DNA from: an uncultured bacterium
Lineage (GTDB): Bacteria > Babelota > Babeliae > Babelales > Vermiphilaceae
Direction of reading: 5' to 3'
Assembly: GCA_963701085.1 (NCBI GenBank)
Contig: OY969561.1
Coordinates: 832,001-896,000 of the forward strand
Length of the DNA: 64,000 nucleotides
This document shows positions 30,459 through 41,402 of this stretch, piece by piece. Made by a program: the position numbers and the translations under genes. Numbering within the stretch: position 1 is the stretch's first letter; every line of letters begins with the position of its first letter. The notes below the pieces were generated by a model that was not told the origin of the DNA, searched no databases, and saw nothing but the letters and a program-made list of their open reading frames with translations.

Positions 30459-32001
30459 AATTCTCAAAAAAACAATAGAAGTTGGTGGATCAACATTACT
30501 AAGCAGATTTTTTGGCATCCTGCGAGAAGTATTGATGGTCAAGTACCTCGGCGCAAGTGGACTCTCTGATGCTTTTTTAACTGCCTATAAAATCCCTAAC
30601 TCTTTACGTAAAATTTTTGCAGAAGGCGCTCTTTCTGCCGCATTCATTCCAACAGTGGTAAGCACTCTACAACATGATAATAAAAACGGCATTGCAGGAT
30701 TAATGTCCCTTGCTTTTTTAGTCTTTGAAGGAATGGTCCTTACAATCTGCGCCCTCATTATGATCTATGCGCAGCACATCATACAGTTTATTGCTCCCGG
30801 GTTTTCTGAACAACAAATACATGCTGCCATTCCCATGCTCCACATCTTGATGCCTTTTATCTTTTTTATATCAAGTAGTGCATTGCTCGGCGGAGCACTC
30901 CATGCGATTGGTCATTTTTTTATTCCCGCAATTGCACCGGTAATAGTGAATATCATTTTTATCATTGGCATAGGTATATGCCTATTATTGAACCTGCCCG
31001 TTACCACACTCTGTTGGTTTATTGTTTTTGCAGGATTGGTTCATTTTATAGTACATCTTATCATGTACTTTAAGTTCAACTTCTTTTTTGGAAAAATTAC
31101 CCGCAAAGATATTACTGTTTTTGCACGCATTATGGGAAAATTTTTGCTGTGTCTGCCAAGCATTAGTTTGATGGAAGTAGCGCTCTTTATTGATACAAGC
31201 TTTGCGTCCTTTTTGGCACCAGGATCAATATCACTCCTTTTTTATGCAAACCGCTTTGTTGGCATTCCACTCGGAGTTTTTGCAGTGGCATTCTCTACTA
31301 TTCTGCTCCCCCATTTTTCCCGCATAAACACCTACTGCCCTAAACGTCTTCACTTTTATCTGCTTGAATCAGCTAAATTTATTTTGTGGATAACAATTCC
31401 CGTAGCGTTATTAATGGGCTTTTTTTCAGAAGAAATTTTTTCAACAATCTTTCTTTCCAAAAAATTCACCCTTGCCCAAGTACAAGAAGCCGGCAACATT
31501 TTACTCGCCTTTTTATTCGGCCTCTTCTTTTTTTCACTCAACAAAATTTTACTTAATATTTTTTATGCAATGCATGCTGCATGGATACCGGCAGTTATCG
31601 CTCTCTGTGCAACCACTATTAATATCATCTTAAATATGCTTTTTATAGAACGATTTGCAGCAATTGGCTTGGCTATCGCAACAACAATCTCCAGCATAGT
31701 GCAAACAGCCTTGTTTCTTATAATTTTGCACAAAAAATACAAGTTTCGCATTTACCTCATGCCATTTTTATTTTTTACTGCGCAATATGCTCTGCAACTT
31801 ATGTTTTTTGGTGGAGGTTTTTGGTTATGCTACCATATTATTATAAAAGCCATCACCCTAACATTACCTCCAGCATTAGCACTCTTTTTTATCAGCAAGA
31901 TAGGGCTCTGGTTATGGGTTGGACCTCTCGCCCTCTTATTTCTTGCTTTGCTTTATTTTTCACGTACGTTATGTAAAATACAACTTCATTTTTTAAAATA
32001 A
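30442..32001 (+). CDS. murJ: Lipid II flippase MurJ
   Basis: SRFFGILRE, DAF..AYKIPN.LRKIFAEGALSAAFIP and YANR motifs. Confidence 0.95.
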   Translation: MASHNKILKKTIEVGGSTLLSRFFGILREVLMVKYLGASGLSDAFLTAYKIPNSLRKIFAEGALSAAFIPTVVSTLQHDNKNGIAGLMSLAFLVFEGMVLTICALIMIYAQHIIQFIAPGFSEQQIHAAIPMLHILMPFIFFISSSALLGGALHAIGHFFIPAIAPVIVNIIFIIGIGICLLLNLPVTTLCWFIVFAGLVHFIVHLIMYFKFNFFFGKITRKDITVFARIMGKFLLCLPSISLMEVALFIDTSFASFLAPGSISLLFYANRFVGIPLGVFAVAFSTILLPHFSRINTYCPKRLHFYLLESAKFILWITIPVALLMGFFSEEIFSTIFLSKKFTLAQVQEAGNILLAFLFGLFFFSLNKILLNIFYAMHAAWIPAVIALCATTINIILNMLFIERFAAIGLAIATTISSIVQTALFLIILHKKYKFRIYLMPFLFFTAQYALQLMFFGGGFWLCYHIIIKAITLTLPPALALFFISKIGLWLWVGPLALLFLALLYFSRTLCKIQLHFLK

Positions 32002-32008
32002 GATATCT

Positions 32009-32437
32009 ATGAAACACCTTCATTCTGCCGGAATCATTACCTACACAACAAACAATGATACAGCCCTCTACTTGCTCTTGCGTTACGGCGCTGGCCATTG
32101 GGATTTACCCAAAGGTAAAATTGAAACAGGAGAAACAAAACAAGAAGCGGCATTACGAGAACTTATGGAAGAAACGGGACTCACCGCCCAGATTGATGAT
32201 GACTTTGAGGAAACAATACACTACATTTTTACGGATTACGATAAAAAATTAGCACAAAAAACGGCTTATTTTTTTATTGGAAAAGCAACAACTACACAGG
32301 TAAAACTGTCTCATGAACATACTGATTTTAAATGGTTACCATATAAAGATGCGCTTGAACAATTGACCTATGATAATGCAAAAACATTATTAAAAAAAGC
32401 TCATAATCATATTATCAAGCATGAAATGAATTCTTAA
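32009..32437 (+). CDS. NUDIX hydrolase (Ap4A hydrolase-like)
   Basis: HWDLPKG and Nudix box GETKQEAALRELMEETGL; LSHEH. Confidence 0.9.
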   Translation: MKHLHSAGIITYTTNNDTALYLLLRYGAGHWDLPKGKIETGETKQEAALRELMEETGLTAQIDDDFEETIHYIFTDYDKKLAQKTAYFFIGKATTTQVKLSHEHTDFKWLPYKDALEQLTYDNAKTLLKKAHNHIIKHEMNS

Positions 32438-33332
32438 TTTTTCCAAATGTTATTGTTTTTACTGGTGGATGGTCTTGAAGATAAGATCGATTGGTTAAAA
32501 TAGAAACACCCGTTACCGGTATACCAACTCCCACCAAAAAAAGACCTGTATACGGAACAACAGATTGAGATGATGAAGGTATACCTAAAATATACAAATC
32601 TATAAAAATCGCCGCGACAGCTATCAAACAACATCGCAATAATGCTTGTGGACTCGGCAAGCAAATAGAACAAAAACCTTGAGTTCCCCTCGCTAATGAT
32701 CGTGCCAATAAATTGATTTTTTCTGAACGGGATAAATCAACAGAAATACATTGATCTTTTAACCCAGGAAAATTGTATATATCATTGGGGAGAGTCTTAT
32801 TAATCACCAATAGACCATCGTTAGTAATCGTTTTTCCGCATGTTGCATCCGACATAACCTGCGCACAATCAGGCTGTATTCTCATGTGAGACGCTGGTGA
32901 AAGTATGTGCTGATTATTCAAAAGAATAGGAAAACATTCGGCTTGCCTTGTTTTTTTATTACATATTTCAAGAATTTTACCAAGAGGCATAGCACAAAGG
33001 TGCTGTAAACATAATGCATCTTTTGTACATCCATCTGCATCCGTAAACATGCACACCTTAGAAAGAACTTCGTACTGCACATCATGAGCAGTCATTGCAA
33101 TAAAAATGAGAGGTTTTGCCTCTCCACATGATTCAAGAACTCTAAGACGAGCTTTTTTAGGTAATTTTTGAAATTCTTCTTTATTCTGCGTAAAAGTGCG
33201 CTCAAAAAAACTATCTAAATAATTATGAGCATCAATCTTTCCTTCTTTATCAGAAAAAGAAATGAGCATTGCACACACATTGCTTGTTATAAAAAAAATA
33301 GAAATGATTAAAAAAAGACTATTTTTATTCAT
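32415..33332 (-). CDS. Hypothetical secreted protein with two C-terminal TM segments
   Basis: Signal ending VCA-ML; bilobed hydrophobic C-terminus. Confidence 0.7.
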   Translation of the reverse strand: MNKNSLFLIISIFFITSNVCAMLISFSDKEGKIDAHNYLDSFFERTFTQNKEEFQKLPKKARLRVLESCGEAKPLIFIAMTAHDVQYEVLSKVCMFTDADGCTKDALCLQHLCAMPLGKILEICNKKTRQAECFPILLNNQHILSPASHMRIQPDCAQVMSDATCGKTITNDGLLVINKTLPNDIYNFPGLKDQCISVDLSRSEKINLLARSLARGTQGFCSICLPSPQALLRCCLIAVAAIFIDLYILGIPSSSQSVVPYTGLFLVGVGIPVTGVSILTNRSYLQDHPPVKTITFGKIKNSFHA

Positions 33333-33440
33333 GAGGGTTTTTTACATACACGTTAGAATTAATGTAGTTCTTTAAATTACCAATAATTAAACCTCATGCG
33401 ATAACGTTTGTCAAAAGAAAAAAAATAAGAAGACCGTATA

Positions 33441-33678
33441 AGAACTTATCCCTAATTAAAATCCTCCCCGCGCTCGTTTAACCCCATCTTCATTCTTTCG
33501 ATGGGGACCCCGATTGGAACGAAGTGGAAATTGGGGGATAAAGGATATCCTTGAGCGCTCGAAGAAAACCCTTCAACCCGCCTTCGCCAAGGCTTCTGCG
33601 GGCAGGCGGGTGTTTACTCCTGAGCTTGCCGAAGGGTCAGGGCGAGCGCAGGAAAAAATTAGTTGAGGGATAGGTTCT
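33441..33678. mobile_element. Composite MITE-like element with nested family A, B and C repeats
   Basis: Terminal inverted repeats agaacttatccc / gggataggttct; family C at 33480-33538; family B at 33577-33610. Confidence 0.7.
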
Positions 33679-33733
33679 AAGAAAACAATTAATACACAAA
33701 AAAACCCACATCTTACAATGCAGGTTTACAATT

Positions 33734-33810
<77 letters not shown>

Positions 33811-34142
33811 ACATATTTTTTATATCTCTTTTTATAACGTAATAATAAGAAAAGTTATTATAACTATACGGCCTGTTTCTATATTTGTCAAATAAAAGAG
33901 TCACTATTTTTCCCATTTTTTCACACCTAACAACGTTTTTTAGGGTAATAACCAACAAACAACCACTGCATCTCTCCCAGACTTCTCCCAAGCAATGCTC
34001 TCAATCGCTCTTTTCAGATTAAACTACTTCAGATTGAAATAGTTATTTTACAAAATCATTGATTTTTCTTCTGTTTTTTATTTAAAATTAAACTAGTAGT
34101 AAAAAAGATCGTTTCAATCTCAATATTTTTTAAGGAAACGTT

Positions 34143-34877
34143 ATGAATAATCGTTTAAACAAAGCTCTTGCTGTTCTGGCAATACTGATAACAACCGCTC
34201 AGGTGCAGGCATATAGTTATATATTCTCTAATCATACCAACAAAAAAATTGGTGTGGGTATGAGATTTTATGGTCTTGGTGAACCACGCTATTTTAGATG
34301 GATCCCAGCGCACCAAGCACGTCAATTTACACCAGGTCAACCTACTAGAACATCAACAGAACGTGAAATAGAATATAGAAAAATAGGATTTGTTGCCAAA
34401 ACATGGTGGTACGTAACAAACCCAACGCCATCACAAAAACGGAATTCAAAAGCTCTCCCATGGCGTGAATTCCAAATAACATGGTTACCAACAGAAGCTC
34501 ACGAACTTGCTATAAATCTTTGCGAAGCCGTAGGCGCCGCAACAGTAGAAGCTGCAAAAATAGCTCTTGATGCAGCTATTGCTCTTAGCACAGAAGGAGC
34601 ATCCGTACCAGTACAAGCGGCTATTAAAGCAGCTCAAGAAGGTGTCAGTACCCTCAAAAAGAGTCCTGCAGCAGGAGCCCCTACTACCCGTGCATATACT
34701 AAAAACGCAGAACCAAAAACAGCCGTTCTTAAAACAATTCAAAACGGCATAGTTTCTGACGCTCTTTCTCAATTAATGTCTGCTGTTGGAAAATCAGCTG
34801 CTCGTTCAATGATGACAGATCGTCATATAGATATCATTGAAGACAAGGGACAAATCAAATTTATATCTCAGTTATAA
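34143..34877 (+). CDS. Hypothetical secreted protein
   Basis: Signal ending VQA; paralog of the next ORF (F.N.T...IG, NPTP.QK, ITW, RH.DII.D..G.I). Confidence 0.8.
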   Translation: MNNRLNKALAVLAILITTAQVQAYSYIFSNHTNKKIGVGMRFYGLGEPRYFRWIPAHQARQFTPGQPTRTSTEREIEYRKIGFVAKTWWYVTNPTPSQKRNSKALPWREFQITWLPTEAHELAINLCEAVGAATVEAAKIALDAAIALSTEGASVPVQAAIKAAQEGVSTLKKSPAAGAPTTRAYTKNAEPKTAVLKTIQNGIVSDALSQLMSAVGKSAARSMMTDRHIDIIEDKGQIKFISQL

Positions 34878-34900
34878 TCAACAGGCAATAAAGGACTACC

Positions 34901-35401
34901 ATGAAAAAAACTATCCTATTCCTTACCATATGCTCCATTACTGCACTGCTCAATGCATATGAAAATAACTTTTTTAACAATACCGATGAACCAATCGGCA
35001 TTGCCATACAATACACTGGCAATGATACCAATGAGCCGCTCTATAAACAACTTGTAAAACCAAAATCCATGAACCACTTTACGCCTGGCAATGCAGGGGT
35101 ACCTGAGATAAAATATGGCTTTTGCCTGGACAAGATTTATTACATAGAAAATCCTACCCCAGAACAAAAAGCTCATAATTTTGAAAAAGCTGTTTGGAAA
35201 GAAACCCCTATAACCTGGGTTGAGGCAAAAAGCGCAACAAAAAAACCTACCAAGGCTACAACGGGCAAGAAAAGTCACGTAAACCTTGTGGTACAGAAAG
35301 CGGTGCCTGCTGCAGCTAAATCACTGTGCAGAGCTCGTCACTTTGATATCATACGCGATGAACATGGCAAAATAATTATTACATCATCATTGCGCGATTA
35401 A
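34901..35401 (+). CDS. Hypothetical secreted protein, paralog of 34143-34877
   Basis: Signal ending LNA; shared motifs as above. Confidence 0.8.
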   Translation: MKKTILFLTICSITALLNAYENNFFNNTDEPIGIAIQYTGNDTNEPLYKQLVKPKSMNHFTPGNAGVPEIKYGFCLDKIYYIENPTPEQKAHNFEKAVWKETPITWVEAKSATKKPTKATTGKKSHVNLVVQKAVPAAAKSLCRARHFDIIRDEHGKIIITSSLRD

Positions 35402-36768
35402 TAGTACATTTTTTGCAGTAGACCATGTGTATCAATAAACAGTGATTGTGCATAGGAAACATAGACTATGTCCCGCTGCCATTGTAGTGCTTTGAATCGC
35501 GCAAGTAATATCAAAAGTTTTTGCACATATAATGACCAAACGCTGCCCACAAAAAGTGAATCATTTACCACGGCAATAATGGGTTCATTTCTGTGTATAT
35601 CATCAGGCAATTCATTAAAAAAAAGCTCTGAACAAATATAAGGAATAAATGAATCCTGTTCCAACAGGGAAAGTTTTATGCGCTCACATGCTGATATAGT
35701 AATTAGTGGACCATGATTAAAATACATTTTCAACAACATAGGATGGTTGCCCCATGAGGGTAACCGTTCTGAAAGAAGCATTGCATGTCTTTTGTCATAG
35801 CACGTTTGCAACGTACCGTTATATACCCAATGCAATGAATTATAATAATCACCACCTCGCCAACGTGACGCTCCAAAAATAATATGCACCGCCTTTCCTA
35901 AACAATACTCATTCCATAATTGTAGTAATTCAGGCAACTCTACAAAATTACTCACGTTGAATGCCGATTCGGGCATGATAACAATTTCCGTTTCCGGACA
36001 CTGCGCAATAATTTTTTTTAATTGATTACCAACAATTTTTATCATCACTATCGGATTATTCATGGTCGAGCATGCCATATACGGCAAACTTTTTACTTTT
36101 GTGTGCCAATGCACCATCTGCATTTCTGATTCTCCTCCACACCAAAAAAGTAGCCATGAAGCAACGGTGCTGCAAAAAAATAGTGCTGTACCATAACTTT
36201 TATGCCACAACAACAATACACAGCTAACAGAGACAAGTAAAAAAAGGACGGTTAGCACCTGCTTACCAACAATTGGCAACAAACATAAAAGTGCCGGCTT
36301 TTGTGCTAATGGAATCAGTGGATGCATTAATGGATACCCTTCTTTGATACCAAAAATCCACATACTGTACCAATCAGTCCAAATGATAAAAAACCATAGA
36401 GCAATGGCCCACATAAATACGCGTGCTATTGGTGATTTAACTGAAAGAATATGAACTGTGTGTGCTACGCACCACAATAAAAATGCGGGAAATAACGCCT
36501 GATACAAAACCATTGCAATGCCAAGCGCAACACCAATTGGCCAGGCATCATGAGCCATATGTACAATAACATACATACCTCCACTCAAGTGAAGTGCAAA
36601 CGTAATACAACCCCATACGTAGCCATGGATAAATGAAATGTTATGTGTACATGTTGTATATAATAAAGGAATAGGAAATACAAAAATCAACCACCAGAGA
36701 TGATCACTCAATAAAAAAGGGAGTGCGTATAAAGTGGCGGATAAAACTAATAATAACAAACCCCTCAT
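35398..36768 (-). CDS. lnt: Apolipoprotein N-acyltransferase-like protein
   Basis: Multi-TM N-terminus with GYP; nitrilase-type triad contexts MPES, YDK and ICSE; ND. Confidence 0.75.
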   Translation of the reverse strand: MRGLLLLVLSATLYALPFLLSDHLWWLIFVFPIPLLYTTCTHNISFIHGYVWGCITFALHLSGGMYVIVHMAHDAWPIGVALGIAMVLYQALFPAFLLWCVAHTVHILSVKSPIARVFMWAIALWFFIIWTDWYSMWIFGIKEGYPLMHPLIPLAQKPALLCLLPIVGKQVLTVLFLLVSVSCVLLLWHKSYGTALFFCSTVASWLLFWCGGESEMQMVHWHTKVKSLPYMACSTMNNPIVMIKIVGNQLKKIIAQCPETEIVIMPESAFNVSNFVELPELLQLWNEYCLGKAVHIIFGASRWRGGDYYNSLHWVYNGTLQTCYDKRHAMLLSERLPSWGNHPMLLKMYFNHGPLITISACERIKLSLLEQDSFIPYICSELFFNELPDDIHRNEPIIAVVNDSLFVGSVWSLYVQKLLILLARFKALQWQRDIVYVSYAQSLFIDTHGLLQKMYY

Positions 36769-36779
36769 AATCGCATGCT

Positions 36780-37121
36780 TTATTTGATTATGAGTTCAAT
36801 TCTTTTGAATATTTCTACCACTTCTGTTTTCTGATCATTATCATGTATTACTGCTTGAACAAAAGGTATCGCTTGCTGAGCAAAAACAATGGCTTTACCC
36901 TTTTCTTTATTTATATGGGTCATTTGCTCTTCTGGAGTCTTGTAACGATGTCGTAGAGAGCCATACTCCATACACGCAATAATTGCCTCAGCCTTACCAA
37001 CTAACCCCTTTGCCTGTGATAGATTTTTTAAAGATTGGGTCGTACCATCATTGTGCATTGAATACATAGTACCAGAAAGAGAGATACCTACTAACAGTAA
37101 TGATAATGGAATCAATTTCAT
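36780..37121 (-). CDS. Hypothetical secreted protein
   Basis: Signal ending MYS-MH; agga SD. Confidence 0.7.
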   Translation of the reverse strand: MKLIPLSLLLVGISLSGTMYSMHNDGTTQSLKNLSQAKGLVGKAEAIIACMEYGSLRHRYKTPEEQMTHINKEKGKAIVFAQQAIPFVQAVIHDNDQKTEVVEIFKRIELIIK

Positions 37122-37147
37122 ACCATTCCTTATTTAAACTATAAACC

Positions 37148-37188
37148 AAAAAAACGGGTAGGAAGAGATCATCCTCTTTACCCGTTTT
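37148..37188 (-). terminator. Intrinsic terminator-like hairpin
   Basis: aaaacgggta...tacccgtttt with an upstream A-run. Confidence 0.6.
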
Positions 37189-37197
37189 CCATATTTT

Positions 37198-39066
37198 TTA
37201 GGCAACTACCGTGAGCAAATCATGCGCCACAACCTTTTGCCCATCTGGATTGATAATCTTTATTTTCTTTGAGCCAAGTGAAGCATGTTCTGTTGAGACT
37301 ATAACTTTAATTGTTGTTGGATCAATGTAGTTAACTTGTTTAACCGTAACGCCTCCGGATATTTTAACCCGTAATCGACAATCAAAATCTTTCCCTGGAT
37401 CAAAAAAACCAGAACCATCATGAGAGTGTCCATGAATAATAAGTCTCACTGAAGATTTTCCTTGATGAATTTCATGTGGCGTAACTGAAACTGGTTTGAC
37501 AGGAGCTGGTGCACGCAGCTGAGCAACTTGCACTCCCCATTGATCAGTATCAACAGCATATTCTTGAATAGTCCATATCGTCATATCATCACATGGATCT
37601 ACACTGGTATATGAAAAATCACCCCAACGCAACACATCAGTTGGTTGTTGAAAGTTGTATACTGTATTACTATTGGTGTATATTATCGGTTTTTGTAATG
37701 TTCCAGCACGATCATGCTTAAAGCGTCGGGCAATTGCGCAATTAACAAATCTATTTTCTCCCGCCGTACTGCATCCAAGAGACATAGTACCTTGCCCTGA
37801 TGTCATAAGAGATGGCGTCCAAAAATAACGTGCATCAGTTCCATTTTTTTTAGTTTTATCAAACAAAGTACCATGTTGTATTAATGTCGGTTGCTCATGT
37901 TTAACATTAATTTCATACCATCGTGAACCATCACGTGTTACTGGTGTTGTTACACAACATTTGCCCTTGTTATTCACACCAACATGATGCGCTGTCCATA
38001 AATGCCCGTCTCTAATATGAGCCATCAAAAGACGAATACCAGTAGAGGCATCAAGATTTTTACTACCACCACGATGAGGAACGGAAAGTGGCTGACATGG
38101 CACAGGTATTTCTACTAAAATAGGATCTGATAATGTTGGGGATTCACTTCCCGGATTAAACACCCGATACAATACCAAATGATTCGATGTAAAACTATCT
38201 ATTCCTACCAAATAACCAACTGAGGCATCCTCATCAAGATTATCCACTCCTTGAAGAACAAATGAAAATGGCGAAACAGATTCAGAATTAATCAAAAAAT
38301 CAAATTTAGTAAAAATCAGTGATTCTCCTTCAAATGTTGAGTTCTTATTAACAACATAAATAGGTTGGTTTAATGGCAATGACGTTAAATCAGCGACAAA
38401 CAATAATCCACCAATATAAAGTGCCTGATTATCTAGACCTAGTGTTGGATAATCCAAAAAAAATCCATCACCAGCTTCAATAAAAGAAAAAGTCCACGTG
38501 GTAAAAAAAGTAATTTCTTTATTATCACTTACCGCAATCATGATACGATTATTACCACCCTCACCTGATTCTATATCTAATCCCGTAGACATAATAATAA
38601 ACCAACGTTCTGAAAAACGATCATACCGTATGCGTATATCCGATGTTGGCCTTCCGTCTCTTTCTTGCACAAAAAAATCATCTGTTGTTGCATCAAGTAT
38701 TAAATCTGCAATACCCGTTTGTTTATCAAAGGAACGAATACGCCCATTAATTGCAACAACAAACTGCGTAGGTCCTACTGCCCCCATACTGTCTGGTACA
38801 GCACTGCCACTAACAACTGCATAATCTACTTGTTCTATTCGCGCACCAAGGAAATTCAAACCAATTTCATCATGATGATTAGAGCCTTTTGTTAAAGTCT
38901 CATCACAAAATAGTTCTCTCTTTTTTGCAGCAGCCATTATTTCTGCTGTTGTACGCGTACCAGTCTTGATACCAGTTCTTCTAATCCCAGAATGCCCCTC
39001 AGCACAAAGTTCTTGCGTACCCATAACTACACTCACGGTAGTTATTAAACAAAACAATTTTTTCAT
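37198..39066 (-). CDS. Secreted beta-rich protein with C-terminal Ig/IPT-like domain, tandem copy A
   Basis: PDSMGAVGP, D.RIRYD, DYP.LG and RWGD[FY]S motifs; close paralog of 39403-41301. Confidence 0.8.
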   Translation of the reverse strand: MKKLFCLITTVSVVMGTQELCAEGHSGIRRTGIKTGTRTTAEIMAAAKKRELFCDETLTKGSNHHDEIGLNFLGARIEQVDYAVVSGSAVPDSMGAVGPTQFVVAINGRIRSFDKQTGIADLILDATTDDFFVQERDGRPTSDIRIRYDRFSERWFIIMSTGLDIESGEGGNNRIMIAVSDNKEITFFTTWTFSFIEAGDGFFLDYPTLGLDNQALYIGGLLFVADLTSLPLNQPIYVVNKNSTFEGESLIFTKFDFLINSESVSPFSFVLQGVDNLDEDASVGYLVGIDSFTSNHLVLYRVFNPGSESPTLSDPILVEIPVPCQPLSVPHRGGSKNLDASTGIRLLMAHIRDGHLWTAHHVGVNNKGKCCVTTPVTRDGSRWYEINVKHEQPTLIQHGTLFDKTKKNGTDARYFWTPSLMTSGQGTMSLGCSTAGENRFVNCAIARRFKHDRAGTLQKPIIYTNSNTVYNFQQPTDVLRWGDFSYTSVDPCDDMTIWTIQEYAVDTDQWGVQVAQLRAPAPVKPVSVTPHEIHQGKSSVRLIIHGHSHDGSGFFDPGKDFDCRLRVKISGGVTVKQVNYIDPTTIKVIVSTEHASLGSKKIKIINPDGQKVVAHDLLTVVA

Positions 39067-39201
39067 TACCCAATACTCCTCTTAAAAATCATTCTTTATA
39101 ACTTGTTCAAAAACATAACAAAACATTTTTTCCATAGGCAATAATAAGTTCTTAGATATAACATAAGTCGTTAGAGTCGCCCGATGTAATTTTTTTGTTT
39201 T

Positions 39202-39334
39202 TCGCGCTCGCCCTGACCCTTCGGCAAGCTCAGGAGTAAACACCCGCCTGCCCGCAGAAGCCTTGGCGAAGGCGGGTTGAAGGATATCCTCGAGCGCTCG
39301 AAGAAACCCTTCAACAAGTTCAGGACGAGCGCGA
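39202..39334. repeat. Family A doublet with nested A and B units, between the tandem paralogs
   Basis: 39204-39283 is the exact reverse complement of 33570-33649. Confidence 0.85.
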
Positions 39335-39402
39335 GAAAAGATATAAATTGGGCAAGGCTAATATTTTCTGCTATATATTATTTTGATGGTTTTCCATATT
39401 TT

Positions 39403-41301
39403 TTAGGCAACTACCGTGAGTAAGCCATGCGCCACAACCTTTTGCCCATCTGGATTGATAATTTTTATTTTCTTTGAGCCAAGTGAAGCATGTTCTGTTG
39501 AAACTATAACTTTAATTGTTGTTGGATCAATGTAGTTAACTTGTTTAACCGTAACGCCTCCCGATATTTTAACCCGTAATCGACAATCAAAATCTTTCCC
39601 TGGATCAAAAAATCCAGAACCATCGTGAGAGTGTCCATGAATAATCAGTCTCACTGAAGATTTTCCTTGATGAATAGTATGCGGTTTAACCTCTACTGGT
39701 TCGACAGGGGCTGGTGCACGCAACTGAGCAACTTGCACCCCCCACTGATCAGTATCAACAGCATACTCTTGAATAGTCCATATCGTCATATCATCACATG
39801 GATCTACACTGGTATAAGAATAATCACCCCAACGCAATGGATTGCTTGGATCTTGTGCAGGATTATATGTTGTCTTACTATTTGTGTAGAATATCGGTTT
39901 TTGTAAAGTTCCTTTAGGATCATGCTTAAAGCGACGTGCAATTGCGCAATTAACAAATTTATGTTCTCCCGCAGTACTACAACCAAGAGCCATAGCACCT
40001 TGTCCTGATGTCATGAGCGATGGCCGCCAATACGAGCGTGCATCTGCTCCATTTTTTTTCGATGGATCAAACAATGTACCATATTGCATTAATGAAGGTT
40101 GATCATGTTTGATATTAATTTCATACCACCGTGACCCATCACGCGTTGGTTGTTTTTTTGAAGAACATTTACCTTTATTATTAACGCCAACAGTATGCGC
40201 AGTCCACAAATGCCCATCTCTTATATGTGCCATAAGAAGTCGTGCATCACCCCCCGTAATATTCCTATTTACACCACGCTGAGAAACTGAAAGTGGCAAA
40301 CATATTTCAGGCACTTCTACTAAAATAGGATCAGATAAAGCTGGGGATTCACCACCCGGATTATATACCCGATGCAATACCAAATGATTTGAACTAAAAC
40401 TATCTACCCCTATAAAATAGCCAACCGTAGCATCCTCATCAAAATTATCCACTCCTTGAGGAATAAAAGAGTCTGATGGAACTGTAGGATTAATAGGAAA
40501 TGAAAACTCAGTAAAAATAATCTCTCCTTCCTCTAGCGCCTTCTTGTTAATAACATAAACAGGTTGATTTGCCAGAGGTGAATCAAATTCAGCTAAGATT
40601 GTCACTCCGCCAACATAAAGTGCTTGAGTATCTATACCCAGTGCTGGATAATCGAAGAACAATCCTTCGCCGACTGCAATAGAAAAAAAATCCCATGAGG
40701 TAAAATAAGTAATCTCTTTACTATCACTTACCGCAATCATAATACGATTATTACTACCATTAGATCCTGCTCTAGCATGAGAGACTTCACCTTCCATGTC
40801 AGGTTCTACATCTCCTATCGTAATCATAACAATAAACCAACGTTCTGAAAAACGATCATAACGTATCCGTGGATCACTCGTAATAATTCCATTGCTTACA
40901 TTCGCAAAAAAATCATCTGTCATTGCATCAAGTATTAAATCCGGACTGCCCGTTTGTTTATCAAAGGAACGAATACGTCCATTTATTGCAACAATAAATT
41001 GCGTAGGCCCTACTGCTCCCATGCTATCTGGCGGAATTCTACCACTGGCAAATGAATAATCCGTTTGTTCTATTCGTGCACCAAGAAAATTTAAACCAAT
41101 TTCATCATGTTTATGAGAACCTTTTGTTAAAGTCTCATCATGAAAGAGTTCTCTCTTTTTTGCAGCAGCCATTATTTCTTGTGTTGTACGTGTCCCAGTT
41201 TTAATACCAGTTCTTCTTATCCCAGAATGCCCCTCAGCACAAAGCTCTTGCGCACCTACAACCACACTCATGGTAGTTATTAAACAAAACAATTTTTTCA
41301 T
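39403..41301 (-). CDS. Secreted beta-rich protein with C-terminal Ig/IPT-like domain, tandem copy B
   Basis: Same motifs; near-identical termini and flanks to copy A. Confidence 0.8.
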   Translation of the reverse strand: MKKLFCLITTMSVVVGAQELCAEGHSGIRRTGIKTGTRTTQEIMAAAKKRELFHDETLTKGSHKHDEIGLNFLGARIEQTDYSFASGRIPPDSMGAVGPTQFIVAINGRIRSFDKQTGSPDLILDAMTDDFFANVSNGIITSDPRIRYDRFSERWFIVMITIGDVEPDMEGEVSHARAGSNGSNNRIMIAVSDSKEITYFTSWDFFSIAVGEGLFFDYPALGIDTQALYVGGVTILAEFDSPLANQPVYVINKKALEEGEIIFTEFSFPINPTVPSDSFIPQGVDNFDEDATVGYFIGVDSFSSNHLVLHRVYNPGGESPALSDPILVEVPEICLPLSVSQRGVNRNITGGDARLLMAHIRDGHLWTAHTVGVNNKGKCSSKKQPTRDGSRWYEINIKHDQPSLMQYGTLFDPSKKNGADARSYWRPSLMTSGQGAMALGCSTAGEHKFVNCAIARRFKHDPKGTLQKPIFYTNSKTTYNPAQDPSNPLRWGDYSYTSVDPCDDMTIWTIQEYAVDTDQWGVQVAQLRAPAPVEPVEVKPHTIHQGKSSVRLIIHGHSHDGSGFFDPGKDFDCRLRVKISGGVTVKQVNYIDPTTIKVIVSTEHASLGSKKIKIINPDGQKVVAHGLLTVVA

Positions 41302-41402
41302 TACCCAATACTCCTCTTAAAAATCATTTTTTATAACTTGTTCAAAACATAAAAAAATAGTTTTTACATAGTCAACAATGGGCTCTTAAACTCAATAATT
41401 TT

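Noticed and set aside
37198-41301. Diversity-generating retroelement behind the paralog pair
   Set aside because: No reverse transcriptase; both copies are full genes and differences are not adenine-specific
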